From the NCBI GenBank assembly GCA_024278985.1, contig JAJRSC010000016.1:1-58410 (forward strand): a stretch of DNA of 58,410 bases, given 5' to 3'. The position numbers and the translations under genes are program-made. Of this stretch, positions 19,487-30,114 are shown one piece after another. The stretch is from an archaeon (GTDB lineage Archaea; AGJL01; Methanococci; Methanococcales; Methanocaldococcaceae). Position 1 is the first letter of the stretch; every line of letters begins with the position of its first letter. Below the pieces are notes generated by a model. The model did no database searches. It was not told the origin of the DNA and was given only the letters and a program-made list of their open reading frames with translations.

Positions 19487-19749
19487 TCTACCACCCTTAT
19501 CGGAGCGTTTTGTAATTCACTTTCATATAGAACAACAATATCCTTTATTGACTTAACAACTCTATAAGGAATTAATACTCTTTTTACTCCTTCTCTCATT
19601 AAAATAGAATTTTCAAATGGTTCAACTTCAATAGACACCAATTTACCAGTTTGTTCATCAAAAACTATATCTTTTAATATTCCCAAAACACTACCTTCAT
19701 CTCCAACAACTCTCTTATCAAATAATATCTTACCAGGAATTTTTCCCAT
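19483..19749 (-). CDS. PRC-barrel domain protein
   Basis: KRVVGDEGSVLGILKDIVFDEQTGKL..IPYRVVKSIKDIVVL. Confidence 0.88.
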   Translation of the reverse strand: MGKIPGKILFDKRVVGDEGSVLGILKDIVFDEQTGKLVSIEVEPFENSILMREGVKRVLIPYRVVKSIKDIVVLYESELQNAPIRVVE

Positions 19750-19842
19750 ATTTATCTCCTCACTTATTTATTAAGATTTAATTTATTAAGGTTAAATAAT
19801 AAATATTTTTTCATTTTAAAAATAAACATTATACAAATATAC

Positions 19843-19903
19843 AAATATTTAAATTCTCTTTAAAAATATTAAAATACATTGATTAATCAAAAACTATAAA
19901 TAT
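19843..19903 (+). promoter_or_regulatory. Promoter/operator, copy 1 of a duplicated ~60-bp element
   Basis: Contains aaaatattaaaatacattgattaatc (19863-19888), identical to 21538-21563, directly upstream of a BRE/TATA (aaaaactataaata). Confidence 0.7.
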
Positions 19904-19948
19904 AGGAATTGTATATTATAATGATGTAACAACATTTTGGTGTAAGAT

Positions 19949-20323
19949 ATGAGTGATGAGCTTCCTGTTATTGGAAAAGATGCTTTAGGTAGGGTTATAA
20001 AAGATTGGTCTGTTAAACCCTGGTGGGGGATTGATAGGAAGAAAATAGAATGGTATCCTAAAATAAATTATGATAAATGTATTGGTTGTGGAGTATGTTT
20101 TATAACTTGTGCAAATAGAGTTGTATTTGATTGGGATAAAGAAAAGAAAAAACCAGTTGTAGCAAGACCTTACAATTGTGTTGTTGCCTGTACAACTTGT
20201 AAAATGCTCTGTCCTGTGGATGCCCTAGAATTCCCAGAAAAAGATTACATACAAAATATTATTAAAAATTATAAAATTTTAGCAAAAGCCAAAGAAATAC
20301 TAAAAAAGCATAATTTAATTTAA
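19949..20323 (+). CDS. 2x[4Fe-4S] ferredoxin-family protein
   Basis: CIGCGVCFITC and CVVACTTCKMLCP. Confidence 0.88.
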   Translation: MSDELPVIGKDALGRVIKDWSVKPWWGIDRKKIEWYPKINYDKCIGCGVCFITCANRVVFDWDKEKKKPVVARPYNCVVACTTCKMLCPVDALEFPEKDYIQNIIKNYKILAKAKEILKKHNLI

Positions 20324-20451
20324 AAGAGTCCGATTAAAGAGTCATTGAAATAAATCCTCTTTATAATAATTTATTATTTTATTCAAATACTTTAAAAATA
20401 TTATTAAGTATAATGTAATTTTACTCATAGGAGGAAAATTGTGGTGGGAAC

Positions 20452-21021
20452 ATGAATCCAGAGATGATTATGGAAATGATAAACTCAGATATTGCTAAAG
20501 AAATGGCTCCAAAAATGATGCCAAAGGTCTTACCTTTAGCTTTGGAAAAGTTTTTAGATAAAATTCCTGAAAATGAAAGAAAAGAGTTTATAGCTAAGAT
20601 AGTGGATATAATTGTAAGTAAGGATGAAAATAAAGAAATTTTTGCTGAATTTTGTGATATGTTTGAAGTATTGTTAAACATTAAGGGACTAAAAATTTAT
20701 TCAAAGGGAGGAAAAGGAGCAGTAAAAGAAAAAATATCCCCAATGGATTTATTTTTAGTAGGATTATGTGGATGTATATGTATAGCTGTTGGTAACACTT
20801 TAAAAAGCAATAATATTGATGCAAAGATAAAAGTTGATGGTAAAGTTGAGAAATCATTTGAAGAAGGAAAAATAAAGAAGATAAGTATAAATATCTATGT
20901 GAAAACCAATGAAAATATTGATAAAGAAAAATTAAAAGAATTAGTTTTAAATGGCTCTAAAAAATGTTTAATTAACAACTCTCTAAATTGTGAAATTGAA
21001 AAGAATATTATTTTTGAATAA
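20452..21021 (+). CDS. OsmC-family protein with Met-rich N-terminal extension
   Basis: [13 protein letters not shown] and KKCLINNSL. Confidence 0.8.
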   Translation: MNPEMIMEMINSDIAKEMAPKMMPKVLPLALEKFLDKIPENERKEFIAKIVDIIVSKDENKEIFAEFCDMFEVLLNIKGLKIYSKGGKGAVKEKISPMDLFLVGLCGCICIAVGNTLKSNNIDAKIKVDGKVEKSFEEGKIKKISINIYVKTNENIDKEKLKELVLNGSKKCLINNSLNCEIEKNIIFE

Positions 21022-21034
21022 TTGGTGGATTTTT

Positions 21035-21301
21035 ATGTGGTGCATGCCAATAGATATGATGGGATTTCCAATTTTTGGATTTTTTCTATGGGGAATATAC
21101 TTTATAATTAAAATTATAGTGTTTATAATTGTAGTTATAGATATTTTAAGAAGAGATGATTTAGATACTCTTGAAAAAATCTTATGGTTATTGGTTGTTT
21201 GGTTTTTGGGAATAATTGGGGCGATAATATATTATTTGTTATCAAAAAGAAACTCTAAGAGTATTGGAGATAACAATGGCAAAGATATTGGTAGTAACTG
21301 A
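21035..21301 (+). CDS. Small membrane protein, PLDc N-terminal domain
   Basis: [27 protein letters not shown]; likely ATG 21035 after GGTGG. Confidence 0.8.
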   Translation: MWCMPIDMMGFPIFGFFLWGIYFIIKIIVFIIVVIDILRRDDLDTLEKILWLLVVWFLGIIGAIIYYLLSKRNSKSIGDNNGKDIGSN

Positions 21302-21490
21302 TGGAGCTTATGATTATAGGAGTAAAGGAACTATAAACTCATTTGGAAAGAAAAATGAATTTATTGGTTTATATTGAGTTTAGTAAAAAATCAGCCATGT
21401 TAATTCAAAGATATCCATGTGTATCTGGAAAAATAAAACTTTTTAGGAAGGAATGTAAAAAACAAAAAGCTCTCAATATACACAAATAAG
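21276..21490 (+). pseudogene. Internally deleted gene relic, probably DUF166 family
   Basis: GGAGA RBS then [33 protein letters not shown], followed directly by a C-terminal-like fragment [28 protein letters not shown]. Family assigned from memory. Confidence 0.5.
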
Positions 21491-21518
21491 GATATTTTAG
21501 ATGGAATAATATTCATTT

Positions 21519-21578
21519 AAATATTTAAATTATTTTTAAAATATTAAAATACATTGATTAATCGAAAGTTATAAATAT
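21519..21578 (+). promoter_or_regulatory. Promoter/operator, copy 2 of the duplicated element
   Basis: Same 26-nt core followed by gaaagttataaata (BRE/TATA). Confidence 0.7.
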
Positions 21579-21608
21579 TATTTTAATTTCATATCTATTT
21601 GGTGATAT

Positions 21609-21863
21609 TTGATGGTAGTGATAAGAGTATTTGGAACTGGATGCCCAAAATGTAATCAAGCATATGAGAATGTTAAAAAGGCTGTTGAAGAACTTGGGAT
21701 AGATGCAGAGATTATTAAAGTTACTGATATAAATGAGATATCTGAGTGGATATTTGTAGCCCCTGGAATTGCATTTGATGATTATATAGTTTTTGAAGGT
21801 AAAGTTCCGACTGTTGAAGAAATAAAAGAGGAATTAAAAAAATATTTGGAGGAGAAAAAATGA
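21609..21863 (+). CDS. Small thioredoxin-like redox disulfide protein (MTH895 type)
   Basis: GTGCPKC; FEGKVPTVEEIK. Confidence 0.88.
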   Translation: MMVVIRVFGTGCPKCNQAYENVKKAVEELGIDAEIIKVTDINEISEWIFVAPGIAFDDYIVFEGKVPTVEEIKEELKKYLEEKK

Positions 21864-22246
21864 AGGTAGCAATTATAGCATGCAAAAAAATGGTTGAAAT
21901 GGGATGTCCTGGGAAAGAGGCTTGTGTATCATGCTTTAAAGCAATAAATGAAAAAAGTGGAGCTTTTGAAAGATATAAAGATGTTGAGTTAGTTGCATTT
22001 ACAACATGTGGAGGCTGTCCTGGTAAAAGATTTCCAATGAGAATTAAGTTATTAAAAAATGCTGCAGGTGCTGAAGCAATACATATAGCAAATTGTACCT
22101 TCTTACAACCAGAATGTCCCTATATAAACTTTGAGGAAATTTGTAAAAAATTAATGGAAGAGTTGGAAATTCCAATTGTGTTTGGAACTCATACATTAGT
22201 TAAAAAGAGTGAAGTTGTTTGTACTTGTGGAGATAACAAGGAATAA
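21860..22246 (+). CDS. CGGC-domain metal-binding protein
   Basis: GCPG..C, TCGGCPG, IHIANC, C-terminal GTH. Confidence 0.9.
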   Translation: MKVAIIACKKMVEMGCPGKEACVSCFKAINEKSGAFERYKDVELVAFTTCGGCPGKRFPMRIKLLKNAAGAEAIHIANCTFLQPECPYINFEEICKKLMEELEIPIVFGTHTLVKKSEVVCTCGDNKE

Positions 22247-22357
22247 ATCTTATTTAAATTATTATTTTTTTAAATATATTAATTAATTAACTTAAATATA
22301 AATGAATATAGTTTATTTGGTTTATATTTGTATAAAAAAATAATCCAGGTGATTATT

Positions 22358-23420
22358 TTGGATGTATATACAGCTATCCAAATAATGATAAATACAATAA
22401 TTGATTATTTAAGTTTCAATAGAGTTTTAGCTTTATTAACAGCATTTTTTATTGCTGGAGGAGTTAGTAGTTTATTAAATAGAAACTTTATATTAAAATA
22501 CTTTGGAGAATCATCATTAAAATCTTATTTGGTGGCATCTGTTAGTGGAGCTATTTTAACTGTATGTTCCTGTACTATAATTCCATTGTTTGCATCACTA
22601 TATAAGAGAGGGGCAAAATTAGGGCCAGCAGTAACATTTCTCTTTTCTGGCCCAGGAATAAATATATTAGCTATATTTTACTCTGCTGCCCTGTTAGGTT
22701 GGGATTTTGGAATATATAGGGGAATTATGGCAATTATAATAGCTATTATAATAGGAGTAATAATGGATATTATCTTTAAAGAATCATCAAATAAAAAATT
22801 AAGGATTCATGGAGATAAAATTTCAGATAAACCATTATCTCAAATCATAACATTTTTTGGGATTATGCTTTTAATGTTAATTGTAATAACTGCATCTCCA
22901 AAGATTTTTCCCTTTTTATCTCTTAAAATAGTTGATGGTATTCTTTTAAAGCATGTTATTTTCTTTATTTTATTAGGGATTTTAGTATATATATCAAATA
23001 AATACTTTACTAAAAGAGAGTTAAAATCTTGGATTTATGAGAGTTATGTATTAATAAAAACACTATTTCCTTTACTTCTTATTGGTGTAGGGATAGCAGG
23101 ATTATTAAAGGTTATAATCCCTCCTAAAATTGTTGCTCAATATGTTGGAGAAAACACTTTAATGGCTAATTTCATTAGTTCCTTAATAGGGGCTACAATG
23201 TATTTTGCTACTTTAACAGAAGTACCAATAGTTAAAGCATTGTTAGATTTAGGAATGAATAAAGGTCCAGCAATGGCATTACTCTTATCAGGACCATCTT
23301 TAAGTATTGCCACACTCTTAGCATTAATAAAAATTATGAAAAAAAAAGGAAGTTGTATGTTATTATTTACTAGTAGTAATATTCTCCACAATTGCAGGGT
23401 ATATATTTGGATTATTATAA
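22358..23420 (+). CDS. Predicted permease (DUF318/ArsP-like) with a frameshift in an A9 run near the C-terminus
   Basis: VCSCTIIPLF, FLFSGPGIN, MYFATLTEVP, GPSLS. Removing one A at 23339-23347 restores a terminal TM helix, KKKEVVCYYLLVVIFSTIAGYIFGLL*. Confidence 0.82.
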
Positions 23421-23542
23421 ATCAATTTTAAGGACGAATTTTATATTTTATTTTTATTTACATTTATGGAATAAAAATAATTAAGTATATAAGAGCTATT
23501 TATTTAATAAATTTACTATAAAAAAATAAATTAGGGCTAAGT

Positions 23543-24337
23543 ATGATACAAGTGACATTAATTCAGATTGATAATTATGGGCCATGGACAGTAACTCCAA
23601 AACCAAGAAGAGAAAGTGATTTACAAGTTCTACAAAGTAGGTTATATGAGGATTTAAATCTATTATTTGGAGCACATAAGGGTTTAGTTTTCTATACAAG
23701 ATTTGACAATTTAATAGCCATAACTAATGGTATTGATTTATTAACTCATAAAAGAATCCAAGAGAGTATAAAAAATAGATATCCATTTACTGTTAGTATG
23801 GTTATTGCCTCAGCTGAAACTGCTTATGAAGCTCAAAAACTTGCCACTAAAACACTTCAAGAATATGGTAGTGCCCAAGATGAAAATAGAAAAGAAATTT
23901 TAGATGTTGCTAATAGTTTAGTTTCTGACGGTTATGTTCAAATTGCTCATATTGATATAAATAATATAACAGGAACATTTACAGATATTATAAGTGCTTA
24001 TGATACTTACTTAAATGTTAATAAAGTTAAGCTCTTACTTATGGAGGAACTTTTAAAATATAATGCTCTTCTTTTTTTTATTGGTGGGGACAATTATATG
24101 TCACCATGTAATGGAATGACTGAAGAAGATTTTATAAAGATTTTTGATAAGATAAAAAATAAATTAGATATTGAACTGAAGGCAGGTATAGGAATTGGAG
24201 AGACTGCTGAAGATGCTGCCAATCTTGCAGATATTGGTTTAGAAAAAATTAGAGGTAAGCTTGTAGATAAAAATGTATGTTTTTTAAGAGATGATATTAT
24301 AAAATTAAAACCTAAAAAATTCTGTGGGTTACAATAA
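23543..24337 (+). CDS. gch3: GTP cyclohydrolase III
   Basis: [33 protein letters not shown]. Confidence 0.92.
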   Translation: MIQVTLIQIDNYGPWTVTPKPRRESDLQVLQSRLYEDLNLLFGAHKGLVFYTRFDNLIAITNGIDLLTHKRIQESIKNRYPFTVSMVIASAETAYEAQKLATKTLQEYGSAQDENRKEILDVANSLVSDGYVQIAHIDINNITGTFTDIISAYDTYLNVNKVKLLLMEELLKYNALLFFIGGDNYMSPCNGMTEEDFIKIFDKIKNKLDIELKAGIGIGETAEDAANLADIGLEKIRGKLVDKNVCFLRDDIIKLKPKKFCGLQ

Positions 24338-25065
24338 TGATAATTTTAGCCCCAATGGCTGGTTATACAGATGGAACCTTTTGTAAAAAATATGAGGATT
24401 TGTTTGATGTTGTAACTTTAGGTGGCTACAATATAGATAAAAAAACATATCTTGCTGCAGAAAAAATAGAAAAAAGAGGAAGAAAAGAATTTTTAATTAA
24501 ATTAGATGAATTTAATGAATATATAGAAAAGCAAATTAATATTCTTGAAAAAGCCAAAGTATCTATAAATGTTAGATTTGTAGATATAGATGAATGTTAT
24601 AGTAAGTTGGAATATATAAGTGGATTAGTTGATTATATTGAACTAAATTGTCATTGTAGGCAGAGAGAAATAACAGAGTTAGGAATTGGTCAAGAATTGT
24701 TAAAAAATAGAGAGTTGCTATATACCTTCCTAAATAAAATGGACAAATTGGACAAACCAATTTTATTAAAGATTCGTTTAAATTATATTACTTTAAATGA
24801 GTTAATTAATAACCTTAACTACTGTAGAGAGTTATTTTATGGCTTACATGTTGATTGTTATTATCCTAAAAAACCATACCCTGATATTAAATCTTTAAAA
24901 GTATTGTATGAAGAATTTAAAGATAAGTTTATAATTGGGAACAATTCCATAACATCCATAAAAATAGCTAAAGAAATGTTAAAACACTCTAATGCAATAT
25001 CTGTTGCAAGGGCAGTTTTAAAAAATAATATCAATTGGATTAAAGATATTCACAAACTAATTTAA
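24337..25065 (+). CDS. Dihydrouridine synthase-like FMN TIM-barrel protein (archaeal MJ0144 type)
   Basis: LAPMAGYTD, ELNCHCRQ, IIGNNSI, SVAR. Confidence 0.8.
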   Translation: MIILAPMAGYTDGTFCKKYEDLFDVVTLGGYNIDKKTYLAAEKIEKRGRKEFLIKLDEFNEYIEKQINILEKAKVSINVRFVDIDECYSKLEYISGLVDYIELNCHCRQREITELGIGQELLKNRELLYTFLNKMDKLDKPILLKIRLNYITLNELINNLNYCRELFYGLHVDCYYPKKPYPDIKSLKVLYEEFKDKFIIGNNSITSIKIAKEMLKHSNAISVARAVLKNNINWIKDIHKLI

Positions 25066-26056
25066 ATATTTTAGGGATTGGGTCTTCAAACTTAGCTATT
25101 TTTTTTCTCTTACCTAAATTCTCATCAAAATAATATAAAATTTCCTTAATATCTGTTGTGTGTATCATTCTATCCTTTTCAATTAAAAATTTATCCACTC
25201 CTAATAAATCCTGAGGATAGCATGAAATAGTAGGAATTCCTAATATTGCACTTTCTCTATTCATTGTTCCTCCTGCTCCAATCATAAAATCAGAATGATA
25301 TATTAATGAAAGAGCATCAACATTGTTAGGAATAACAACATCAAAATGTTTATAAATATATTTTTGTTTATTATTTCTTGGAAAAACAACAATATCAACA
25401 TCATACCTTTTTTTTAGTTCTTTTATAATTTTTGGTAGAATATCTTTATGTCCATTACAATATGATGAATTTGGGCAAGGTCTCATAACAACAACATCCT
25501 TATCAAGATTTAACTTTTCTTTAATACTTTTGTCTATTGGATAATAGCCCTTTAATCTTGCATTAATATTTGCCACTTCACAGGTTCCAGCAAAGTCAAT
25601 AAAATTTTTTCCTCCACATTCCTTTAATCTATCTTCATCTGTTGCTTTTGGTTTAATAATAGTATCAACTAAAGGAAGGGTCAATTTATTTTGAGCTGTT
25701 GCATGTTCATTATCTACTACAAAAATAGTTGGTATATTTAACCCAAATGCTACTCTTGGAAGTTCAACAGAATGCTTTGCTATTGCCAAAATAGGATTAA
25801 GGTTAGATATTAATTCAGTTAGTCCAATTATTCTTTCAGCATAATAAATTAATTTTTCTTTTAGATTTACTCCATGTTTTCCTATACATTTTCCAGCAAA
25901 TCCATAAAAATTTATTAAATCTCTTAAATAGTTAGATTCTCTATAAGTTAAGACATAATCTATTCCTTTTTTTTCAAATTCTTTAATAAGTTGGCAAAAA
26001 AAATGGACATGTGGAGCATTTGTTAAATCAATCCATATTATAATAATCACCTTCAT
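25040..26056 (-). CDS. DUF354 family GT-B-fold protein
   Basis: WIDLTNAPHVHFF, DNEHA, GAGGTMNRESAILGIPTIS. Confidence 0.85.
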   Translation of the reverse strand: MKVIIIIWIDLTNAPHVHFFCQLIKEFEKKGIDYVLTYRESNYLRDLINFYGFAGKCIGKHGVNLKEKLIYYAERIIGLTELISNLNPILAIAKHSVELPRVAFGLNIPTIFVVDNEHATAQNKLTLPLVDTIIKPKATDEDRLKECGGKNFIDFAGTCEVANINARLKGYYPIDKSIKEKLNLDKDVVVMRPCPNSSYCNGHKDILPKIIKELKKRYDVDIVVFPRNNKQKYIYKHFDVVIPNNVDALSLIYHSDFMIGAGGTMNRESAILGIPTISCYPQDLLGVDKFLIEKDRMIHTTDIKEILYYFDENLGKRKKIAKFEDPIPKIFKLVCEYL

Positions 26057-26141
26057 ATAATTTTTGGTTAGTTTTATAAATAATTATATTAATTTTATAA
26101 ATACATTGTAGATTTAAATCAGTTAGTTAGGTTAAGTAAGT

Positions 26142-26642
26142 ATGATAATCTATAAAGAAATATCAAATCTAAATAAAATATTTCCTCTATTAAATGAAGA
26201 AAAAATATTACTTGGAACTGATGGAAGTGTTACAAATATTTTAGAGATACTTTTTGAAGATTTTTGTAAAGTGAGAACTATCTCTCAAAAAATTGTTAAT
26301 GATACAAACATTAGAGAGGTTATTTTAGAAATTAAAGGAACTCCTCTTGTTTATGCAATCTCAAAGACATCATTTAAAAATATAGATGAAGAGATTTTAA
26401 GGGAAGATATAAAAAAAGACTTATTATCTGCAGATATTCCAATAGGAAAAATTATAAAAAAATATAATTTAGAGACAAGAAGAGAGATTTTTTATATTGG
26501 AATAAAGAAACTAAATAATTATTTAAAATCTATTTTAAAAGTTGATTATGATTACTTACCAATGAGAAGATATTATATCATCTACAAAAATAAGGTATTA
26601 ATGGAAATTTGTGAAATATTTGCTATTAGAGGGAGAATATGA
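26142..26642 (+). CDS. Chorismate lyase-like (DUF98) protein
   Basis: LLGTDGSVT..LE, REVIL, PLVYAIS, DIPIGKI. Confidence 0.82.
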   Translation: MIIYKEISNLNKIFPLLNEEKILLGTDGSVTNILEILFEDFCKVRTISQKIVNDTNIREVILEIKGTPLVYAISKTSFKNIDEEILREDIKKDLLSADIPIGKIIKKYNLETRREIFYIGIKKLNNYLKSILKVDYDYLPMRRYYIIYKNKVLMEICEIFAIRGRI

Positions 26643-27637
26643 AAGAAGCAATGTTTTATAAAAGGTTAAATGGTAAAGTTGAATGCTTATTATGTCCAAG
26701 ACATTGTATTATTCCAGAGGGCAAGGTTGGTTTTTGTAGAAATAGGAAAAATATTAATGGAAAATTATATGCTATAGGTTATGGTAAAGTTTGTTCTTTA
26801 GCTATAGACCCAATAGAAAAAAAGCCCTTATATCACTTTTATCCAGGAAGTAAAGTTTTATCATTAGCAATAGCAGGCTGTAATTTTAGATGTCTTCACT
26901 GTCAAAATTGGGAAGTTTCTCAAGCTTCACCTTTAGAGGTTCCATATCGAGAACTTTCTCCTGAAGAAGTTGTATATATAGCAAAAAATTATAATTCTCC
27001 AGGAGTTTGCTATACTTACACTGAGCCAACAGTTTATTATGAATTTATGTATGACACTGCTAAGATTGCCAGAGAAAATGGGCTCTTTAATGTAATGGTC
27101 ACCAATGGATATATTGAAGAAAATCCTTTAAAATCTCTTCCTATGGATGCCATGAATATAGATATTAAAGGAAATGAAGAATTTTATAAAAAAATTTGTG
27201 GAGCTGAGTTAGAACCAGTTTTAAGAACTTGTAAGTTAGCCAAAAAACTTGGCATATGGGTAGAGATAACAAATTTAATAGTTCCTGGTTATAATGATAA
27301 CTTAGAGGATATACTCTTTATAATAGAATTTGTTAGGGATGAACTTGGAAAAGAAACACCACTCCACTTTACAAGATTTCACCCAGATTATAAACTTTTA
27401 GATGTTCCTCCTACTCCAGTTGAAATATTAGAAAAAGCAAGAGATTTAGCTTTACAAATGGGATTAAAATATGTGTATATAGGAAATGTCCCTGGACATG
27501 AGGGAGAAAATACATACTGCCCTAAATGTGGAGCCTTACTAATAAAAAGAGATATTTTTAGTATAGATATTGTTAATTTGGATTTAAAAAATAAAATATG
27601 TTTAGTCTGTGGAGAAAAGATAGATATTATATGCTAA
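26639..27637 (+). CDS. amrS: AmmeMemoRadiSam system radical SAM enzyme (PflX-like)
   Basis: CLLCPRHC, DPIEKKPLYHF, GCNFRCLHCQN, YTYTEP, RFHPDY, TYCPKC. Confidence 0.88.
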   Translation: MKEAMFYKRLNGKVECLLCPRHCIIPEGKVGFCRNRKNINGKLYAIGYGKVCSLAIDPIEKKPLYHFYPGSKVLSLAIAGCNFRCLHCQNWEVSQASPLEVPYRELSPEEVVYIAKNYNSPGVCYTYTEPTVYYEFMYDTAKIARENGLFNVMVTNGYIEENPLKSLPMDAMNIDIKGNEEFYKKICGAELEPVLRTCKLAKKLGIWVEITNLIVPGYNDNLEDILFIIEFVRDELGKETPLHFTRFHPDYKLLDVPPTPVEILEKARDLALQMGLKYVYIGNVPGHEGENTYCPKCGALLIKRDIFSIDIVNLDLKNKICLVCGEKIDIIC

Positions 27638-28719
27638 TAAATAATTTTATTTTCCATACCTAATTTTAGAGCTAATTTTATCTCTCTTGCAATTCTTTGT
27701 CCCATACTTAAAGGTTCAGCATTGTATAAAAAGGAATAAGGAGACCCATTCATAAAACTGTTAGTTCCTCCATCTATTCTTGCAGACATTTCAAAAACAA
27801 CCAACTCTAAGTTTTCAGTGCATAAACTTTGCAAACAAAATTGTCCAATAATTCCAGGAGGAACTATTTTTTTACTTGCTAAAACTAAATTATCTCCCAT
27901 CTTAAAAACTTCTGGTAATAAACTTTCTCTTATAACAACTGGAAAGTTCCCAGTTATTACATAACTTGGTTCTATATTTATCTCCATCTGTTCCTTTGCA
28001 GGAATTCTAACTAAACCATCAATATTACTTTCATATCTTCTATCTATTCCAAGTAATTCAACTTCATCCTTTAATGGAGAATAAAAATAATGTAGGCAAT
28101 AGTTTGCTCCAACAACATACTCCTCAATGTGTGCCCTTTTGACATCTTCATCATCAATAATATTTCTACTCTTTAAAAATTCAACTTTTTTGTAGAATTC
28201 TTCTTTTGAGTTGGCAATAAAGTAACCTTTTCCTCCTCTTGCTCCAGGAAATTTGACTATAACACTCCTATCTATTTCATCAGGATTATTAAATTTTTTA
28301 GGAGTTCTTATTTTTGCTTCTTCTAATATTTTTCTTTCCAAATCTCTCTCAGCTTCCCATCTTAGTATTTTTCTATTTCCAAACATTGGAACTAAAAAAT
28401 TATTTTCAATATTATCTAATCCACAATAAGCAATAAAAGACCCATGAGGGACAATAATAGCATTTAACTCCCTTAATTTTTCTTGAACACTTTCAGAAGA
28501 AATTTCAGAAAAATCTTTTATATATATAAACTTATCAGCAACTTTAAACCTCTTATATGGAACATCTCTACCTTTAATAGTTATACATACAGTAGAAAAT
28601 CCCTCTAATTTTGCACCTTTTAATATATGTAGGGCTGTATGACTTCCTAAGGTGGCTATTGTTATCTCATCCTTATCATAATTATTTAATATCTCCAATA
28701 TCTCCTCTTGAGATATCAT
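27634..28719 (-). CDS. purP: FAICAR synthetase (formate-dependent, ATP-grasp)
   Basis: IATLGSHTAL, PHGSF, GARGGKGYF, DRRYESNIDG, RESLL, SARIDGGTN, SMGQRIARE. Confidence 0.95.
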   Translation of the reverse strand: MISQEEILEILNNYDKDEITIATLGSHTALHILKGAKLEGFSTVCITIKGRDVPYKRFKVADKFIYIKDFSEISSESVQEKLRELNAIIVPHGSFIAYCGLDNIENNFLVPMFGNRKILRWEAERDLERKILEEAKIRTPKKFNNPDEIDRSVIVKFPGARGGKGYFIANSKEEFYKKVEFLKSRNIIDDEDVKRAHIEEYVVGANYCLHYFYSPLKDEVELLGIDRRYESNIDGLVRIPAKEQMEINIEPSYVITGNFPVVIRESLLPEVFKMGDNLVLASKKIVPPGIIGQFCLQSLCTENLELVVFEMSARIDGGTNSFMNGSPYSFLYNAEPLSMGQRIAREIKLALKLGMENKIIY

Positions 28720-28797
28720 TTAATTCACTTCCTTTAAGAGTTATTAAAAATTTATTAAAATAGTGTTATTATATAAAAAAATTTATATTATGTTTCT

Positions 28798-30114
28798 TTA
28801 TTTTTTATTTAATGAATATCTGCATACATTTGAAAATGTTCTTTTTGTAACCTTTCTATATATAATTTCAAAAATTAATACCCCAATGAATGTTACTATT
28901 ATTCCATAAAATACAAATCTATTAGATATCCATTGATAATATAATAAAATTAAAAAAACCACCAATACAACAATAAAACTAAAAATTACAATTTCTTTTC
29001 TTCCTCCAACTTCATCAATCAGGATATAATGAGAGAGAATAACAAATAAATATATAACCATAAATACAGCACTTGTTATTGATGCTACTCCTTCCATATT
29101 AAACAACAAGGCAAACAATACTCCAAGAGCTGAAGTTATGTAAAGTCCTTCTGTAGATTTAAACCACACTTTTCTCTCAAAGAATTCTGGAAGTTCTCCA
29201 TCTTTTGCCAATGAATAGGCAACATTAGCTCCTCCATATATTGTGGCATTCATTGCTGATGAAATTGAAAATAATGCTCCTATAGATATTAATAAAAATC
29301 CTAAGTTTCCTAAAAATGGTTTTGCCGCAACTGCTAAAGCATTTTCACTGGCTTTAATTAGCTCATCTATAGGTAAATTTCCTATTGCTGTTATAGCTAC
29401 TCCAACATATACAAGCATTACAATAAATATACTTATAAATATTGCCCTTGGAACATTCTTATGAGGATTTTCAATATGTTCTGATGCATTGGTTATAACT
29501 CCAAAACCCATATAAGATAGGAAGAATATAGCAGATGCAAAAATCATTCCTTTTATAGCAGTTAAAGAAGTATCTGGAATTATATATGATAAATGTAAAG
29601 CCATTAACCCAGCAAATATAAATAACCCTAATATTGAAAGTTTAATCAAAACAATTAAAAACTCTACCCTTCCAACAGCTTTGGAACCAAAAAAATTAAG
29701 GGCTGTAAAAAATGCTACAATTCCAATTTCAGTTATAGCCACATTAAATGGAGTTATTGGAGCATTAATTAAAGGTAAAAAATAGCCTGCAAACCCTTTA
29801 GCAAATAAAGCAATTGATATAACATAACTCATCCACAATAAAATACTTAAAGCTCCAGTTATTATATTATCTCCAATTGCTCTATGTATAAATGCTATTG
29901 GTCCAGCATCTGATATTATTTTTGCACCAAGTTTTCCATAAGAGTATGCAACCAAAACTGCATAAATTCCAGACAATATAAAAGTTTCTGGAAGATTTTT
30001 TCCAGCTATTTTAGCACCAACACCAAATATAGAGAAGATACTTGCCCCAATCATCACACCAACAGCCATAGAAACGGCTTCCCATAAACTAAGTTTTTTA
30101 TCCTTTATTTTCAT
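28798..30114 (-). CDS. APC-family amino acid permease
   Basis: VGVMIGASIF, FLSYMGF, ENPHKNVPRAI, AKDGELP; about 12 TM helices. Confidence 0.9.
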   Translation of the reverse strand: MKIKDKKLSLWEAVSMAVGVMIGASIFSIFGVGAKIAGKNLPETFILSGIYAVLVAYSYGKLGAKIISDAGPIAFIHRAIGDNIITGALSILLWMSYVISIALFAKGFAGYFLPLINAPITPFNVAITEIGIVAFFTALNFFGSKAVGRVEFLIVLIKLSILGLFIFAGLMALHLSYIIPDTSLTAIKGMIFASAIFFLSYMGFGVITNASEHIENPHKNVPRAIFISIFIVMLVYVGVAITAIGNLPIDELIKASENALAVAAKPFLGNLGFLLISIGALFSISSAMNATIYGGANVAYSLAKDGELPEFFERKVWFKSTEGLYITSALGVLFALLFNMEGVASITSAVFMVIYLFVILSHYILIDEVGGRKEIVIFSFIVVLVVFLILLYYQWISNRFVFYGIIVTFIGVLIFEIIYRKVTKRTFSNVCRYSLNKK

